This document shows positions 54,860 to 63,280 of a DNA stretch of 64,000 bases, piece after piece. The notes beneath the pieces are model-generated. The model did not search any database. It saw only the letters and a program-made list of their open reading frames with translations, and was not told the DNA's origin. The DNA comes from Candidatus Faeciplasma pullistercoris (lineage in GTDB: Bacteria; Bacillota; Clostridia; Oscillospirales; Ruminococcaceae): the NCBI GenBank assembly GCA_018715525.1, contig DVLL01000017.1:15070-79069 (forward strand), given 5' to 3'. The translations under genes and the position numbers were made by a program. How positions within the stretch are numbered: the first letter of the stretch is position 1; each line of letters starts with the position of its first letter.

Positions 54860-55246
54860 CTATGCCCTCTTCGGTTTGTCGTTCGCCGGCTTATCGCCCT
54901 GTCTTATTACTTCAAAGCTCAAAAGTATATCTGCGCGGTAGTTAAGCGTTCCGTGATCTCCGACTACTACTGAATCATACTCATTCGGAGTGACCTGAAG
55001 AGTTACAAGCTCTCCTCCCGAGCATTCAAAGACCAAAAAGCATTCTCTGCCCGGCTTCTTTTTATTTATCCCCGGTATTTCGTTTTCCTGCTTTTCCTTG
55101 ACGTGCGCGCCGGTGGAGACAATCGGTATTTTCCGGTTTTTGTTCCATTTCATGATTCCGGTCACCATGACATACACAAACGCGGCTAAAAACGCAAAGA
55201 ATATGAGTACCTGCAAAACTTCCATGACGCCGTCCATGTTCTTCAT
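54860..55246 (-). CDS. DUF2500-like protein (one N-terminal TM plus a small beta domain)
   Basis: 128 aa: N-terminal TM, then a segment reading ...ECFLVFECSGGELVTLQVTPNEYDSVVVGDHGTLNYRAD..., which matches my recollection of DUF2500. Unverified. Confidence 0.45.
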   Translation of the reverse strand: MKNMDGVMEVLQVLIFFAFLAAFVYVMVTGIMKWNKNRKIPIVSTGAHVKEKQENEIPGINKKKPGRECFLVFECSGGELVTLQVTPNEYDSVVVGDHGTLNYRADILLSFEVIRQGDKPANDKPKRA

Positions 55247-55291
55247 CCCCCTCGAAGCACAAGCCTACAGTCTCACAAAGAATTGATATAC

Positions 55292-55321
55292 ATTATAGCA
55301 CACCTTTGCAGCAACATTCAA
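55292..55321 (-). promoter_or_regulatory. promoter candidate (TTGAAT-18-TATAAT with TGn) for the two small membrane-protein genes
   Basis: On the minus strand, -35 lies at 55321-55316 and -10 at 55297-55292. Confidence 0.5.
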
Positions 55322-55464
55322 CCCTTATTTTGTCTGTTCGATAATGTAGGTATAGATTTACAATAGATGTGTTAAAGTAAGACAAAAAGCAAGCGACGAA
55401 TAGGTAAACCTGTGATACAGTTAAGTGGCGACATCAAAACTGAAAGGCAGAAAACCTATTCGTC

Positions 55465-55596
55465 ATGAAAACTGTAACGCAAACAATGCTGTACCGTCAA
55501 GCATTAATTCCATATTCAGGTAAATACGGAGTAACGTCTGCCGCAATTAGATACAAAACAGCAAGACAAAATATCTATCGCTTTCTACCCTCCTGA
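55465..55596 (+). pseudogene. N-terminal fragment of an IS transposase/HTH protein (43 codons), truncated against the LysR gene
   Basis: My own translation is MKTVTQTMLYRQALIPYSGKYGVTSAAIRYKTARQNIYRFLPS*. The pattern (GVT.AA..Y...RQ.IYR) resembles the HTH N-termini of IS3/IS481-type transposases. An 11-bp inverted repeat (GACGAATAGGT / ACCTATTCGTC) brackets the upstream 50 nt. No transposase body follows. Confidence 0.3.
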
Positions 55597-56490
55597 CAGC
55601 TTTATCTCGCAGCACTGCTGTACCTCGTCTATAAACTTCTGCGCAGCCTTTGAAAAGACCTTATACCTTTTCCAGATGACCGACGCCTCCGCCTTCATTT
55701 CAGGTGAGAGCGGTCTGAAGCAAAGCCTTGAATCGCCGCTCAGATTTATTATCTTGTCAAAGCATATCGCGTACCCGAGTCCCTCGTCCACCATAAGCGA
55801 GGCGTTAAATACAAGATTATATGTGGCCACGATATCCATCCTTTGGGCATCCGCGCCGAACCAGCTCGCCATCTGCCAGTCGTCCGATTTCTGCGCCGGT
55901 ACAATGAGCGGCTTATCCGCAAGATCGCCGGAAGTAATCTTATCCAAAGCTGCCAGCGGAGAGTCCTTTCTCATCAGCACTCCCCAGCTGTCGCGGATCG
56001 GGATCTTGACCGAGCTGTAAATCCCGGTGTCCACCTGACTGTATACCACCCCGAAATCTACAAGTCCCCTGTCAAGGTAATCCTTGACAAACTCCGCGTT
56101 TCCGCTGAGCATATGGCAATGTATGTCCGGATACTTTTCACGCAGGCTTTTTGCCGCTCTGGCGAATATTCTCACCATGTCCGACTCGCCGGTGCCTATA
56201 TAGACGTCTCCCGCAATGACATCGTCCGAGCAGGATATCTCCCTTTCGGTAATGCGAACAAGCTCGGTGATCTCCTCAGCACGCTTTCTCAACAGCATTC
56301 CCTCTTCTGTGAGAAGCACCCTGCGGGAGCCCTTTGTACCTCTTATCAGAAGCTGCTTGCCGAGCTCCTCCTCAAGAGCCTTGAGCTGCGTGGAAAGCGT
56401 CGGCTGAGATAGATGCAGCGATTCCGCCGCGGAGGATATGCTCTGCTCCCTTGCGACAGCCAAAAAATATTGCAGTACCCTGATTTCCAT
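55585..56490 (-). CDS. LysR family transcriptional regulator
   Basis: The N-terminal wHTH reads MEIRVLQYFLAVAREQSISSAAESLHLSQPTLSTQLKALEEELG. 301 aa, a typical LTTR length. Confidence 0.9.
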   Translation of the reverse strand: MEIRVLQYFLAVAREQSISSAAESLHLSQPTLSTQLKALEEELGKQLLIRGTKGSRRVLLTEEGMLLRKRAEEITELVRITEREISCSDDVIAGDVYIGTGESDMVRIFARAAKSLREKYPDIHCHMLSGNAEFVKDYLDRGLVDFGVVYSQVDTGIYSSVKIPIRDSWGVLMRKDSPLAALDKITSGDLADKPLIVPAQKSDDWQMASWFGADAQRMDIVATYNLVFNASLMVDEGLGYAICFDKIINLSGDSRLCFRPLSPEMKAEASVIWKRYKVFSKAAQKFIDEVQQCCEIKLSGG

Positions 56491-56747
56491 GTTGTCCTCT
56501 CCATTTTACTATTTTTAAAAATTATATCACTTGTTTATATTGATTTCAACTATATAAGCCCGGATACAATAGGTAATAAATATACAGTTCCGCATTAGAA
56601 CTCGCCTAAGCATAGCTAAATAATATAGATATCTATTTGATATAAGTATTTGATATAATGAAAATAAAGAGCTATACTGATATCGGAAGATACCGGCAAT
56701 AATTAAGCCAAACAACACTATCACAGATCGAAGGGAGTGAGGCTGCT

Positions 56748-56990
56748 GTGAAGGATAAAATATCGCCGTCCGACCTCATACTCAACCTTGAGGCGGCGGG
56801 ATTTGACCGGCAGGCTATTGAGAAATATCTTGACTGCTGGAAATGCGGGAAGACAGGCGAACAGCTTGAGCTTTTGTCCGCCAAGCGGGACAGCCTGTTG
56901 GAGCATGTGCACCTCAGGGAAAAACAGATAGACTGCCTCGACTACCTCATTTACCTCATCAAAAAAAGCGAAGAATTGCCGCAGGAATAG
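56748..56990 (+). CDS. hypothetical small protein (80 aa, CxxC, helical)
   Basis: GTG start after GAAGGGAGTGAGG. It contains CWKCG and a C-terminal helix (REKQIDCLDYLIYLIKK). Divergent from the LysR gene. No family recognised. Confidence 0.45.
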   Translation: MKDKISPSDLILNLEAAGFDRQAIEKYLDCWKCGKTGEQLELLSAKRDSLLEHVHLREKQIDCLDYLIYLIKKSEELPQE

Positions 56991-57057
56991 ACCTGTGCGT
57001 AATTGCATAACGGATAGATTTCAAGCTCTGTCATTATAACATGGGAGGACAACAGAT

Positions 57058-57903
57058 ATGACCGTAATTTCAAATAAAAGCTTTGACGAAGAGCGCGCCC
57101 TGTACGGCGCTGAAAATGTAAAACTTATAGACTGCGCCATAGACGGTCCGGCGGACGGCGAAAGCGCCTTCAAGGAGGGCTCCAACATTGAGACCGAGCA
57201 CTGCTTCTTTAACCTTCGCTATCCGTTCTGGCACGACCATGGTCTTAAGATACAGGACAGCGAGATGACCGAGCTGTGCCGAGCGGCTCTATGGTATTCA
57301 GACCACATAGAAATAGCGGGCACAAAGATGCACGGCATAAAAGCGATAAGGGAGTGCTCTCATGTATCCGTCCGCAGCTGCGACATAGTCTCACCTGAGT
57401 TCGGCTGGTTTTCAAATGATATAACAATGGAGAACTGCACGGCAGTAAGCGAGTACTTTATGCTCCGCTCAAAGAATCTGAACTTCAAAGACGTCGACTT
57501 CACGGGCAAGTACTCATTCCAGTACATAGAAAACTCGACCTTCGACAACTGCCGCTTTGACACCAAGGACGCCTTCTGGCACGCCAAAAACGTGACGGTA
57601 AGGAACTCGGTCGTCAAGGGAGAATACCTCGCGTGGTACTGCGAGAACGTCACATTTGAAAACTGCGCAATATCCGGCACTCAGCCGCTCTGCTACTGCA
57701 AGGGCTTAAAGCTGATAAACTGCAGTATGGAAAATACCGACCTTGCCTTCGAGAAGAGCGACGTCGAGGCGACGATCACAACACCTGTTATAAGCGTCAA
57801 GAACCCTTACTCCGGAAAAATAGTTCTCCCCAAGGTCGGCGAGATCATACTTGACGACGAAAACGCCAAGGGTGAGATCATTGTAACCGGTCAGAAAGTG
57901 TAG
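57058..57903 (+). CDS. DUF3737-like right-handed beta-helix protein
   Basis: 281 aa of repeated ~22-aa beta-helix turns with conserved Cys/Asn (ENCT, DNCRF, ENCAISG, INCSMEN). The N-terminus SFDEERALYG matches my recollection of DUF3737. Confidence 0.55.
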   Translation: MTVISNKSFDEERALYGAENVKLIDCAIDGPADGESAFKEGSNIETEHCFFNLRYPFWHDHGLKIQDSEMTELCRAALWYSDHIEIAGTKMHGIKAIRECSHVSVRSCDIVSPEFGWFSNDITMENCTAVSEYFMLRSKNLNFKDVDFTGKYSFQYIENSTFDNCRFDTKDAFWHAKNVTVRNSVVKGEYLAWYCENVTFENCAISGTQPLCYCKGLKLINCSMENTDLAFEKSDVEATITTPVISVKNPYSGKIVLPKVGEIILDDENAKGEIIVTGQKV

Positions 57904-57909
57904 GAAAAA

Positions 57910-58314
57910 ATGAGATTTGCAGCCGTTATAATCGCTGTTTTTACAGCGCTCACGCTTTCCTCCTGCGGCGAGAAAGCTATACAGGACACCGCAACGGCTC
58001 CTTCGGCGGCAACAGCTTCCGTCTCAACGAATGAGCCTCAGGTCTCCCAGGGAAGCTCAGAACAAACCGCAGTCACCGAAACAGCCGAAAATACCGAAAC
58101 CACCGTGGAGGAGGATTCAATGAAAAACAGCAGCGTATTTTATGTAACCGTAGACGATGTCACATTTCCCGCCGAGTTTGCCTCGGGCAGCGGCGCGGAT
58201 GCGCTAAGGGAGCTGCTTGCCGGCGGGGACTTAACAATCAGTATGGAGGACTACGGCGGATTTGAAAAGGTTGGTCACTTGGGTCAGGAGCTGCCGACTG
58301 GGAGGTGCACATGA
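57910..58314 (+). pseudogene. cyclophilin-like-fold lipoprotein gene truncated at a deletion junction
   Basis: Lipobox LSS-C, then a Thr/Ser/Glu linker, then the start of the cyclophilin-like domain (VTVDDVTFPAEFASGSGADALRELLAGGDLTISMEDYGGFEKVGHLGQELPT). The reading frame then runs into foreign sequence and stops after 4 codons. About 55 C-terminal residues expected from homologues are missing. Confidence 0.6.
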
Positions 58315-58673
58315 TAGGTCAGGCGATCGGCGCGCACACCGACGCCACCCACGGCATGACTCTCTCGGCTGTCTCGATTCCGTACTACAGGCACATTATG
58401 CCCTACGGGCTTGAGAAATTCAAGCGCTATGCCATAAACGTATGGAACGTAAGCCCGGACGGCAAGAGCGATGAGGAAATCGCAAGCGAGGGCTTGACGA
58501 AAATGGAAGAGTATATGCGCAGGCTGGGTCTTGTGATGAACGCCTCCGAGCTCGGCGTGACCCCTGACATGCTCGAGGGGATCGCGGACAGCACACTCAT
58601 CATGACCGGCGGCTACAAGATCCTCAATCGCGAGGACGTTATAGCCATAGTCAAGGAAAGCATGAACCAGTAG
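58296..58673 (+). pseudogene. C-terminal third of an iron-containing alcohol dehydrogenase (BdhA/YqhD-type), lacking the N-terminal ~260 aa
   Basis: DWEVHMIGQAIGAHTDATHGMTLSAV... aligns by eye with the DW..H.I.H.....D.THG block and the remaining C-terminus of Fe-ADHs such as C. acetobutylicum BdhB. No NAD-binding or GGGS region lies upstream. Confidence 0.7.
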
Positions 58674-58684
58674 CTTCGGCAGGC

Positions 58685-58713
58685 TTGCACATCGGCTGAA
58701 ATTATGTTACAAT
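58685..58713 (+). promoter_or_regulatory. promoter candidate (TTGCAC-17-TACAAT with TGn) for the ECF S-component gene
   Basis: Consensus match 34 nt upstream of the ATG at 58747. There is no room for a riboswitch aptamer. Confidence 0.5.
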
Positions 58714-58746
58714 AGCTGTGACATACACGATCCAAAGGAGCCTTAA

Positions 58747-59319
58747 ATGAAGAACAATCTCAAGAGCCTCACCCTCACCGCCATGTTCCTTGCCATAGGG
58801 CTTGTGCTTCCATTCCTGACCGGACAAATTCCGCAGATAGGCAATATGCTTCTTCCAATGCACATACCGGTATTTTTGTGCGCGCTCATCTGCGGCTGGG
58901 AGTTCGCCACGCCGATGGCGTTCATTCTCCCGCTTATGCGCTCTGCGATATTCACCATGCCTCCCTTCTTTCCGTCGGCTGTCGGCATGGCGTTTGAGCT
59001 CGCCGCATACGCATTCGTGACCGGATTTCTGTACAAGCGGGTGCGCAACCAATCGGTTAAAACCGTTTATCTTTGCATGATAACCGCAATGATTGCCGGA
59101 CGGGCGGTATGGGGAGTAGCCAGAACGCTCATGCTCTGCTTTGACGACAGCTCGTTTACCCTCAGCGTCTTCCTGTCCGGAGCATTCCTGACCGCCATAC
59201 CCGGTATTATCATTCATCTCATACTTATCCCGCTCATTATGGTGGCGCTGGACAGAACCGGACTTGTGCCATTCAAAGCCAAAAGCAGGAATAAAACCAC
59301 CGAGGCGGCAGTAATGTAA
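58747..59319 (+). CDS. ECF transporter S-component, substrate unknown
   Basis: 190 aa with about 6 TM helices. The N-terminal pattern LTLTAMFLAIGLVLPFLTGQIPQIGNMLLPMHIPVFL is typical of the ECF_trnsprt family. No ECF A/T module lies in the window. Confidence 0.65.
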   Translation: MKNNLKSLTLTAMFLAIGLVLPFLTGQIPQIGNMLLPMHIPVFLCALICGWEFATPMAFILPLMRSAIFTMPPFFPSAVGMAFELAAYAFVTGFLYKRVRNQSVKTVYLCMITAMIAGRAVWGVARTLMLCFDDSSFTLSVFLSGAFLTAIPGIIIHLILIPLIMVALDRTGLVPFKAKSRNKTTEAAVM

Positions 59320-59347
59320 TATAAAACTGAAATCAGGAATATCCAAC

Positions 59348-59393
59348 ATATATCCGCGGAAATCATTTTGGTTTGCCGCGGATATATTTTTAT
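59348..59393 (+). terminator. intrinsic terminator after the ECF S-component gene
   Basis: A perfect 12-bp stem, ATATATCCGCGG (59348-59359) pairing with CCGCGGATATAT (59376-59387), followed by TTTTTATT. Confidence 0.8.
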
Positions 59394-59482
59394 TCAGGGG
59401 CGGATAGACTTATTAGACAGCTTAGTATAAGTACAGCTATAAGCGGCAGGCATCTGTTCTTATAAATTAACGCACGAATAAC

Positions 59483-59516
59483 AAAAGACGGTGTCCAAAG
59501 AAGGATACCGTCTTTT
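59483..59516. terminator. bidirectional terminator hairpin downstream of the P-type ATPase gene
   Basis: AAAAGACGGT (59483-59492) pairs with ACCGTCTTTT (59507-59516). U-tracts are available on both strands. Confidence 0.65.
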
Positions 59517-59542
59517 ATATTGCGGGTACTGTAATTGCCGCT

Positions 59543-61558
59543 TTACAGCTTTTTGACAAACAGCGCCCTTATCGCGTTAAATACCGCCAATATCATCACT
59601 CCAACGTCCGCGAACACCGCAAGCCACATGCTGGCAAGACCGACAGCCACCAAGGCGAGGCAGCCAAGCTTTACAGCTATTGAAAAGACGATGTTCTGAT
59701 ACACTATTCCAAGGCATTTGCGGGAGATTTTTATCGCCTTGGATATTTTCATCGGGTCATCGTCCATGAGTATTACATCGGCGGCCTCTATCGCCGCGTC
59801 AGAGCCCATGGCTCCCATAGCTATACCTATGTCCGCTCTTCCGAGCACCGGAGCGTCGTTGATTCCGTCACCCACAAAGGCAAGCCTTGAGCTTTCCGGC
59901 TTTGACTCAAGCAGCTTTTCCACCAAAGACACCTTGTCTGCCGGCAGCAGCTCGCTGTGAACCTCGTCTATTCCGAGCGAAGCCGCGACCTTTTGGGCGA
60001 CCTTCTTCGAGTCTCCGGTGAGCATTACAGTCTTCTTGACGCCCGCTGAGCGAAGCCTCTTTATTGCCTCCTCGGAGGTTGGCTTTACTATATCCGAAAT
60101 GACTATGTGACCCATATAGCTGCCGTCTATCGCCATATGGATGATCGTTCCGACCGAGTGGCAGTCTACGTATTTTACTCCGAGCGAGTCCATAAGTCTT
60201 GAGTTGCCCGCAGCTACCTTATGCCCGTCAACAGTCGCTGTAACTCCGTTTCCGCTTATCTCCCTGATGTCACACACACGGCTTCTGTCTATAACTCCGC
60301 CGTCGGCCTCATACGCGCGCTGAAGGCTCTTGCTTATAGGGTGGGACGAGGAGCTTTCCGCCAACGCGGCGTACTCTACCAGCTTCCTGTCTTCTATTTC
60401 GCTGTGATGTACGCCATTTACCTCGAAAACACCCTTAGTAAGTGTTCCGGTCTTGTCAAAAACGACTATCCTTGTCTTAGAGAGAGTCTCCAGATAGTTC
60501 GAGCCCTTTACCAGTATACCCTCCTTGCTCGCACCGCCTATTCCTGCAAAGAAGCTAAGAGGTATACTGATTACCAAAGCGCAGGGACAGCTTGCCACCA
60601 GGAAGCTAAGCGCACGGTAGACCCATGTTTCCCATGCCGCCGGCTGGGCTGCTATGAGAATGTTCCATATAGGGGGCAGTACTGCGAGCGCGACCGCCGC
60701 TATGCAAACCGCCGGGGTATAAATCCTCGCAAAGCGGGAAATAAAGTTCTCTGACCTCGACTTTCTCGAGGTGGCGTTCTCCACCAGATCAAGTATCTTT
60801 GATACCGTAGACTCGCCGAACTCCTTTGTGGTTTTTATCCTGAGGACGCCGGTCATGTTTATGCAGCCGCTTATTACCTCGTCTCCCGCGCCGACCTCTT
60901 TAGGAAGGCTTTCGCCGGTAAGCGCGGCGGTATTGAGTGTGGAAGAGCCATCCTCGATTATACCGTCAATAGGAACCTTCTCACCCGGCTGAACCACTAT
61001 GACGCTGCCTATTGCAACCTCGTCCGGGTCTACCTGAATAAGATTGCCGTCAGACTCCATATTTGCGCAGTCAGGACGAATATCCATAAGCTCGCTTATA
61101 TTGCGGCGGCTCTTGCCCACCGCGTAGCTCTGAAACCACTCGCCCACCTGGTAAAACAGCATGACCGCAATCGCCTCAAGGTAGTCGCCGTTCTCGTAAA
61201 TAGCCAGTGCGAAGGCTCCGACGGTGGCAACCGCCATCAAAAAGTTCTCGTCGAGAACTCTTCCTCTGATTATTCCCCTGAACGCTTCTTTAAGTATGTC
61301 GCCGCCGATTATCAGATAGTCGCAGAGATAAAGACCGAGGCGAACCCATCTCCCCGCGTCTCCCATTGCCTCAAAAACCTCCGAGCCCACAAGCTGCAGC
61401 CCGAAGAGCCATAAATCGGATACGAGTATCCTGACGAGCATCACTTTCTGCTTCTTAGTCATTGAGCTGCCGGCTCTATTTCCCGATATCAGCAGTCCTG
61501 CCGCCAGAATCGCAACGACAACAATCAGCCCACCTACGATGATTTCCTGATAATTCAT
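59543..61558 (-). CDS. heavy-metal translocating P1B-type ATPase (Cd/Zn/Co-type, CPC motif) without an N-terminal metal-binding domain
   Basis: TM6 motif ASCPCALVIS, phosphorylation site DKTGTLT, hinge VGDGINDAP and the TGES-equivalent TGESLP. The ATG at 61558 follows GGAAGGTGAG. Confidence 0.9.
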   Translation of the reverse strand: MNYQEIIVGGLIVVVAILAAGLLISGNRAGSSMTKKQKVMLVRILVSDLWLFGLQLVGSEVFEAMGDAGRWVRLGLYLCDYLIIGGDILKEAFRGIIRGRVLDENFLMAVATVGAFALAIYENGDYLEAIAVMLFYQVGEWFQSYAVGKSRRNISELMDIRPDCANMESDGNLIQVDPDEVAIGSVIVVQPGEKVPIDGIIEDGSSTLNTAALTGESLPKEVGAGDEVISGCINMTGVLRIKTTKEFGESTVSKILDLVENATSRKSRSENFISRFARIYTPAVCIAAVALAVLPPIWNILIAAQPAAWETWVYRALSFLVASCPCALVISIPLSFFAGIGGASKEGILVKGSNYLETLSKTRIVVFDKTGTLTKGVFEVNGVHHSEIEDRKLVEYAALAESSSSHPISKSLQRAYEADGGVIDRSRVCDIREISGNGVTATVDGHKVAAGNSRLMDSLGVKYVDCHSVGTIIHMAIDGSYMGHIVISDIVKPTSEEAIKRLRSAGVKKTVMLTGDSKKVAQKVAASLGIDEVHSELLPADKVSLVEKLLESKPESSRLAFVGDGINDAPVLGRADIGIAMGAMGSDAAIEAADVILMDDDPMKISKAIKISRKCLGIVYQNIVFSIAVKLGCLALVAVGLASMWLAVFADVGVMILAVFNAIRALFVKKL

Positions 61559-61732
61559 CAATGCTCACCTTCCGCCGGGGCTTCAGGCTCATTAAAGCAG
61601 CTCAGGCGTGCCATAAATACGCCAAAGCCGCCAAAGCCCGAAAGCCTCCAAAATTTATATTAAAATCACACTCAGAAAATTTTATTTAAAGGATAACAAG
61701 TCGCCTATGTGCTGCCCTGCGAGCAATATATC

Positions 61733-61951
61733 CTATAAATATATCTCGCAGTCCGGCTCTACCCTCTTGCACGCCTTCACCACGTCATCCATGACGCCGT
61801 TCGGCTCGCTGCCATCCTTGAACTCGACTGTCATCTTCTGGGTCATAAAGTTGACCACGGCTTTGTCTACTCCGTTTATCTTGCATGCGGCTCTTTCCAT
61901 AAGATTGGCGCAGTTTGCGCAGTCAACTTCGATTTTATAGGTCTTCTTCAT
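61733..61951 (-). CDS. stand-alone heavy-metal-associated (HMA) domain protein
   Basis: 72 aa. MKKTYKIEVDCANCANLMERA... carries the DCANCA metal-binding variant normally found at the N-terminus of Cd/Zn/Co P1B ATPases. Confidence 0.8.
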   Translation of the reverse strand: MKKTYKIEVDCANCANLMERAACKINGVDKAVVNFMTQKMTVEFKDGSEPNGVMDDVVKACKRVEPDCEIYL

Positions 61952-62027
61952 GTCTATATCTCCTTTTCATGCTCATAGTTATTATGATTATAAGTAAACA
62001 ATTAAGCATTCGTTTAACTGTATTCTC

Positions 62028-62056
62028 ATAATACTCCTTTCGCTTTTGTTTGTCAA
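62028..62056 (-). promoter_or_regulatory. promoter candidate (TTGACA-17-TATTAT) for the HMA/ATPase genes
   Basis: On the minus strand, -35 lies at 62056-62051 and -10 at 62033-62028. The leader of about 75 nt has an imperfect inverted repeat, AGTTAAAC...GTTTACT. Confidence 0.55.
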
Positions 62057-62077
62057 CCGTTTTTTAAAAATTATTTT

Positions 62078-62122
62078 AAAAATAATACGCGAGCGTACGC
62101 TGTAACCAGCATGCGCCCGCGT
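62078..62122 (-). terminator. terminator hairpin after the patatin-like gene
   Basis: ACGCGAGCG (62087-62095) pairs with CGCCCGCGT (62114-62122) with one mismatch. ATTATTTTT follows on the minus strand. Confidence 0.55.
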
Positions 62123-62154
62123 CCGAATTAAAATTACACGGTTATAAAAGGCTC

Positions 62155-63051
62155 TTAGCTCCTAAGAAAGCGCAGCAAGCCGTCTCTTACCCTCTCGTAG
62201 TCATCAAGACCGAGCTGGTAAAGCTCCTTTTCTGCCTTTTCGTCCATTGAATAGGTGGAGACATCAAGTCTGCGGCTTGGAGCTATAACAAACGCCTTTC
62301 CCTGCCGCTCAAGCTCAAACACCTGCTTAAAGTTTTTGTTGTACCGCTCATGCCTTGTGTCTATCATTTCAACGACCTTCGGGTATTTGCGAAGCCTGAA
62401 CGAATACAATGCCCGATGCTTCTGAGGCTGCTTTACATAATCTCTTGTCTTTGACAATATCACTACGAGCTTATCGCAGCCCTTTTCAAAAGCCCTGTCC
62501 ACGGGGATCGACACCGCCATTCCTCCGTCGCAGTAGGACGCTCCGTCAATTTCCACCGGGCGGCATACCGCAGGTATCGCGCAGGACGCCATTATCGCCC
62601 GGTAATCGTCCCGCTTAAGGTCGGACTTGTTCAGATATACCGCCTCCCCGGTCGCCGCGTTCGCAACGACAATCTCAAACTCAGCAGGATTTATCATCAT
62701 CGCATCATAATCCAAGGGGTCGAGCCCGTCCGAATTGCTCAGGTCGCCGTATATATACTTTAGCCCAAATATGTCCCCGCTCCTAAGAAAGCTCCTAATC
62801 CCGTAGTAGTAGGGCAGATGCAGGTATTCGGTGTAAAACCGGCGGTTTCTTCCGCGCTGCCCCGCAAGGTAGGAGGCGAGATTTGCCGTTCCGGCGGACA
62901 CTCCTACGCAGTATTTAAAGCCTATATTGTCGTCAATAAAGCGGTCGAGCACAGCCGCGCCGTAAACGCATTTCATTCCCCCGCCCTCGCAGACGAGACC
63001 TATCTTTCTCCCTGAGCCGCCGGCTATCACGCCGTTTTCCGTATCAGCCAT
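62155..63051 (-). CDS. patatin-like phospholipase
   Basis: Oxyanion-hole motif GGGMKCVYGAG, nucleophile elbow GVSAG (GxSxG) and a downstream catalytic Asp context (DGG). Confidence 0.85.
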   Translation of the reverse strand: MADTENGVIAGGSGRKIGLVCEGGGMKCVYGAAVLDRFIDDNIGFKYCVGVSAGTANLASYLAGQRGRNRRFYTEYLHLPYYYGIRSFLRSGDIFGLKYIYGDLSNSDGLDPLDYDAMMINPAEFEIVVANAATGEAVYLNKSDLKRDDYRAIMASCAIPAVCRPVEIDGASYCDGGMAVSIPVDRAFEKGCDKLVVILSKTRDYVKQPQKHRALYSFRLRKYPKVVEMIDTRHERYNKNFKQVFELERQGKAFVIAPSRRLDVSTYSMDEKAEKELYQLGLDDYERVRDGLLRFLRS

Positions 63052-63181
63052 GCCTTTGCTCTCCTTTCCAAGAACGGTCTGCCGCCGTTTACAACTTTAT
63101 TATACCAGTTTTTTTTGCAAATCACAATATCTGTCCTGTCAGATTAAAGATAGAAGAAAAAATATTTTCACAATAAAGTGT

Positions 63182-63209
63182 TTTACATCGGATAAATTTA
63201 TGCTATAAT
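63182..63209 (+). promoter_or_regulatory. promoter candidate (TTTACA-16-TATAAT with TGn) for the ArsR-family gene
   Basis: Consensus match. An inverted repeat TCAAA-N7-TTTGA lies just downstream of the -10 (63213-63229) and could be an autoregulatory operator. Confidence 0.5.
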
Positions 63210-63280
63210 AGTTCAAAAGGTTACTTTGATTATCGCCACATAAAATCACCAACCTCAAATTAGCCGGAGGAACAGGCAAA

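Noticed and set aside
61558-61614. An 18-codon upstream ORF (MARLSCFNEPEAPAEGEH) whose TGA overlaps the ATPase ATG (TGATG). It could be a metal-sensing leader peptide.
   Set aside because: No Shine-Dalgarno sequence precedes its ATG, and the peptide has no His/Cys-rich character. It more likely arises by chance in the relic linker between the HMA and ATPase genes.
62155-63051. Patatin-like phospholipase as a CBASS or other defence effector.
   Set aside because: No cyclase/CD-NTase, SAVED, TIR, Cap2/3 or other defence partner is adjacent. Its neighbours are metal-resistance genes, and it has its own terminator.
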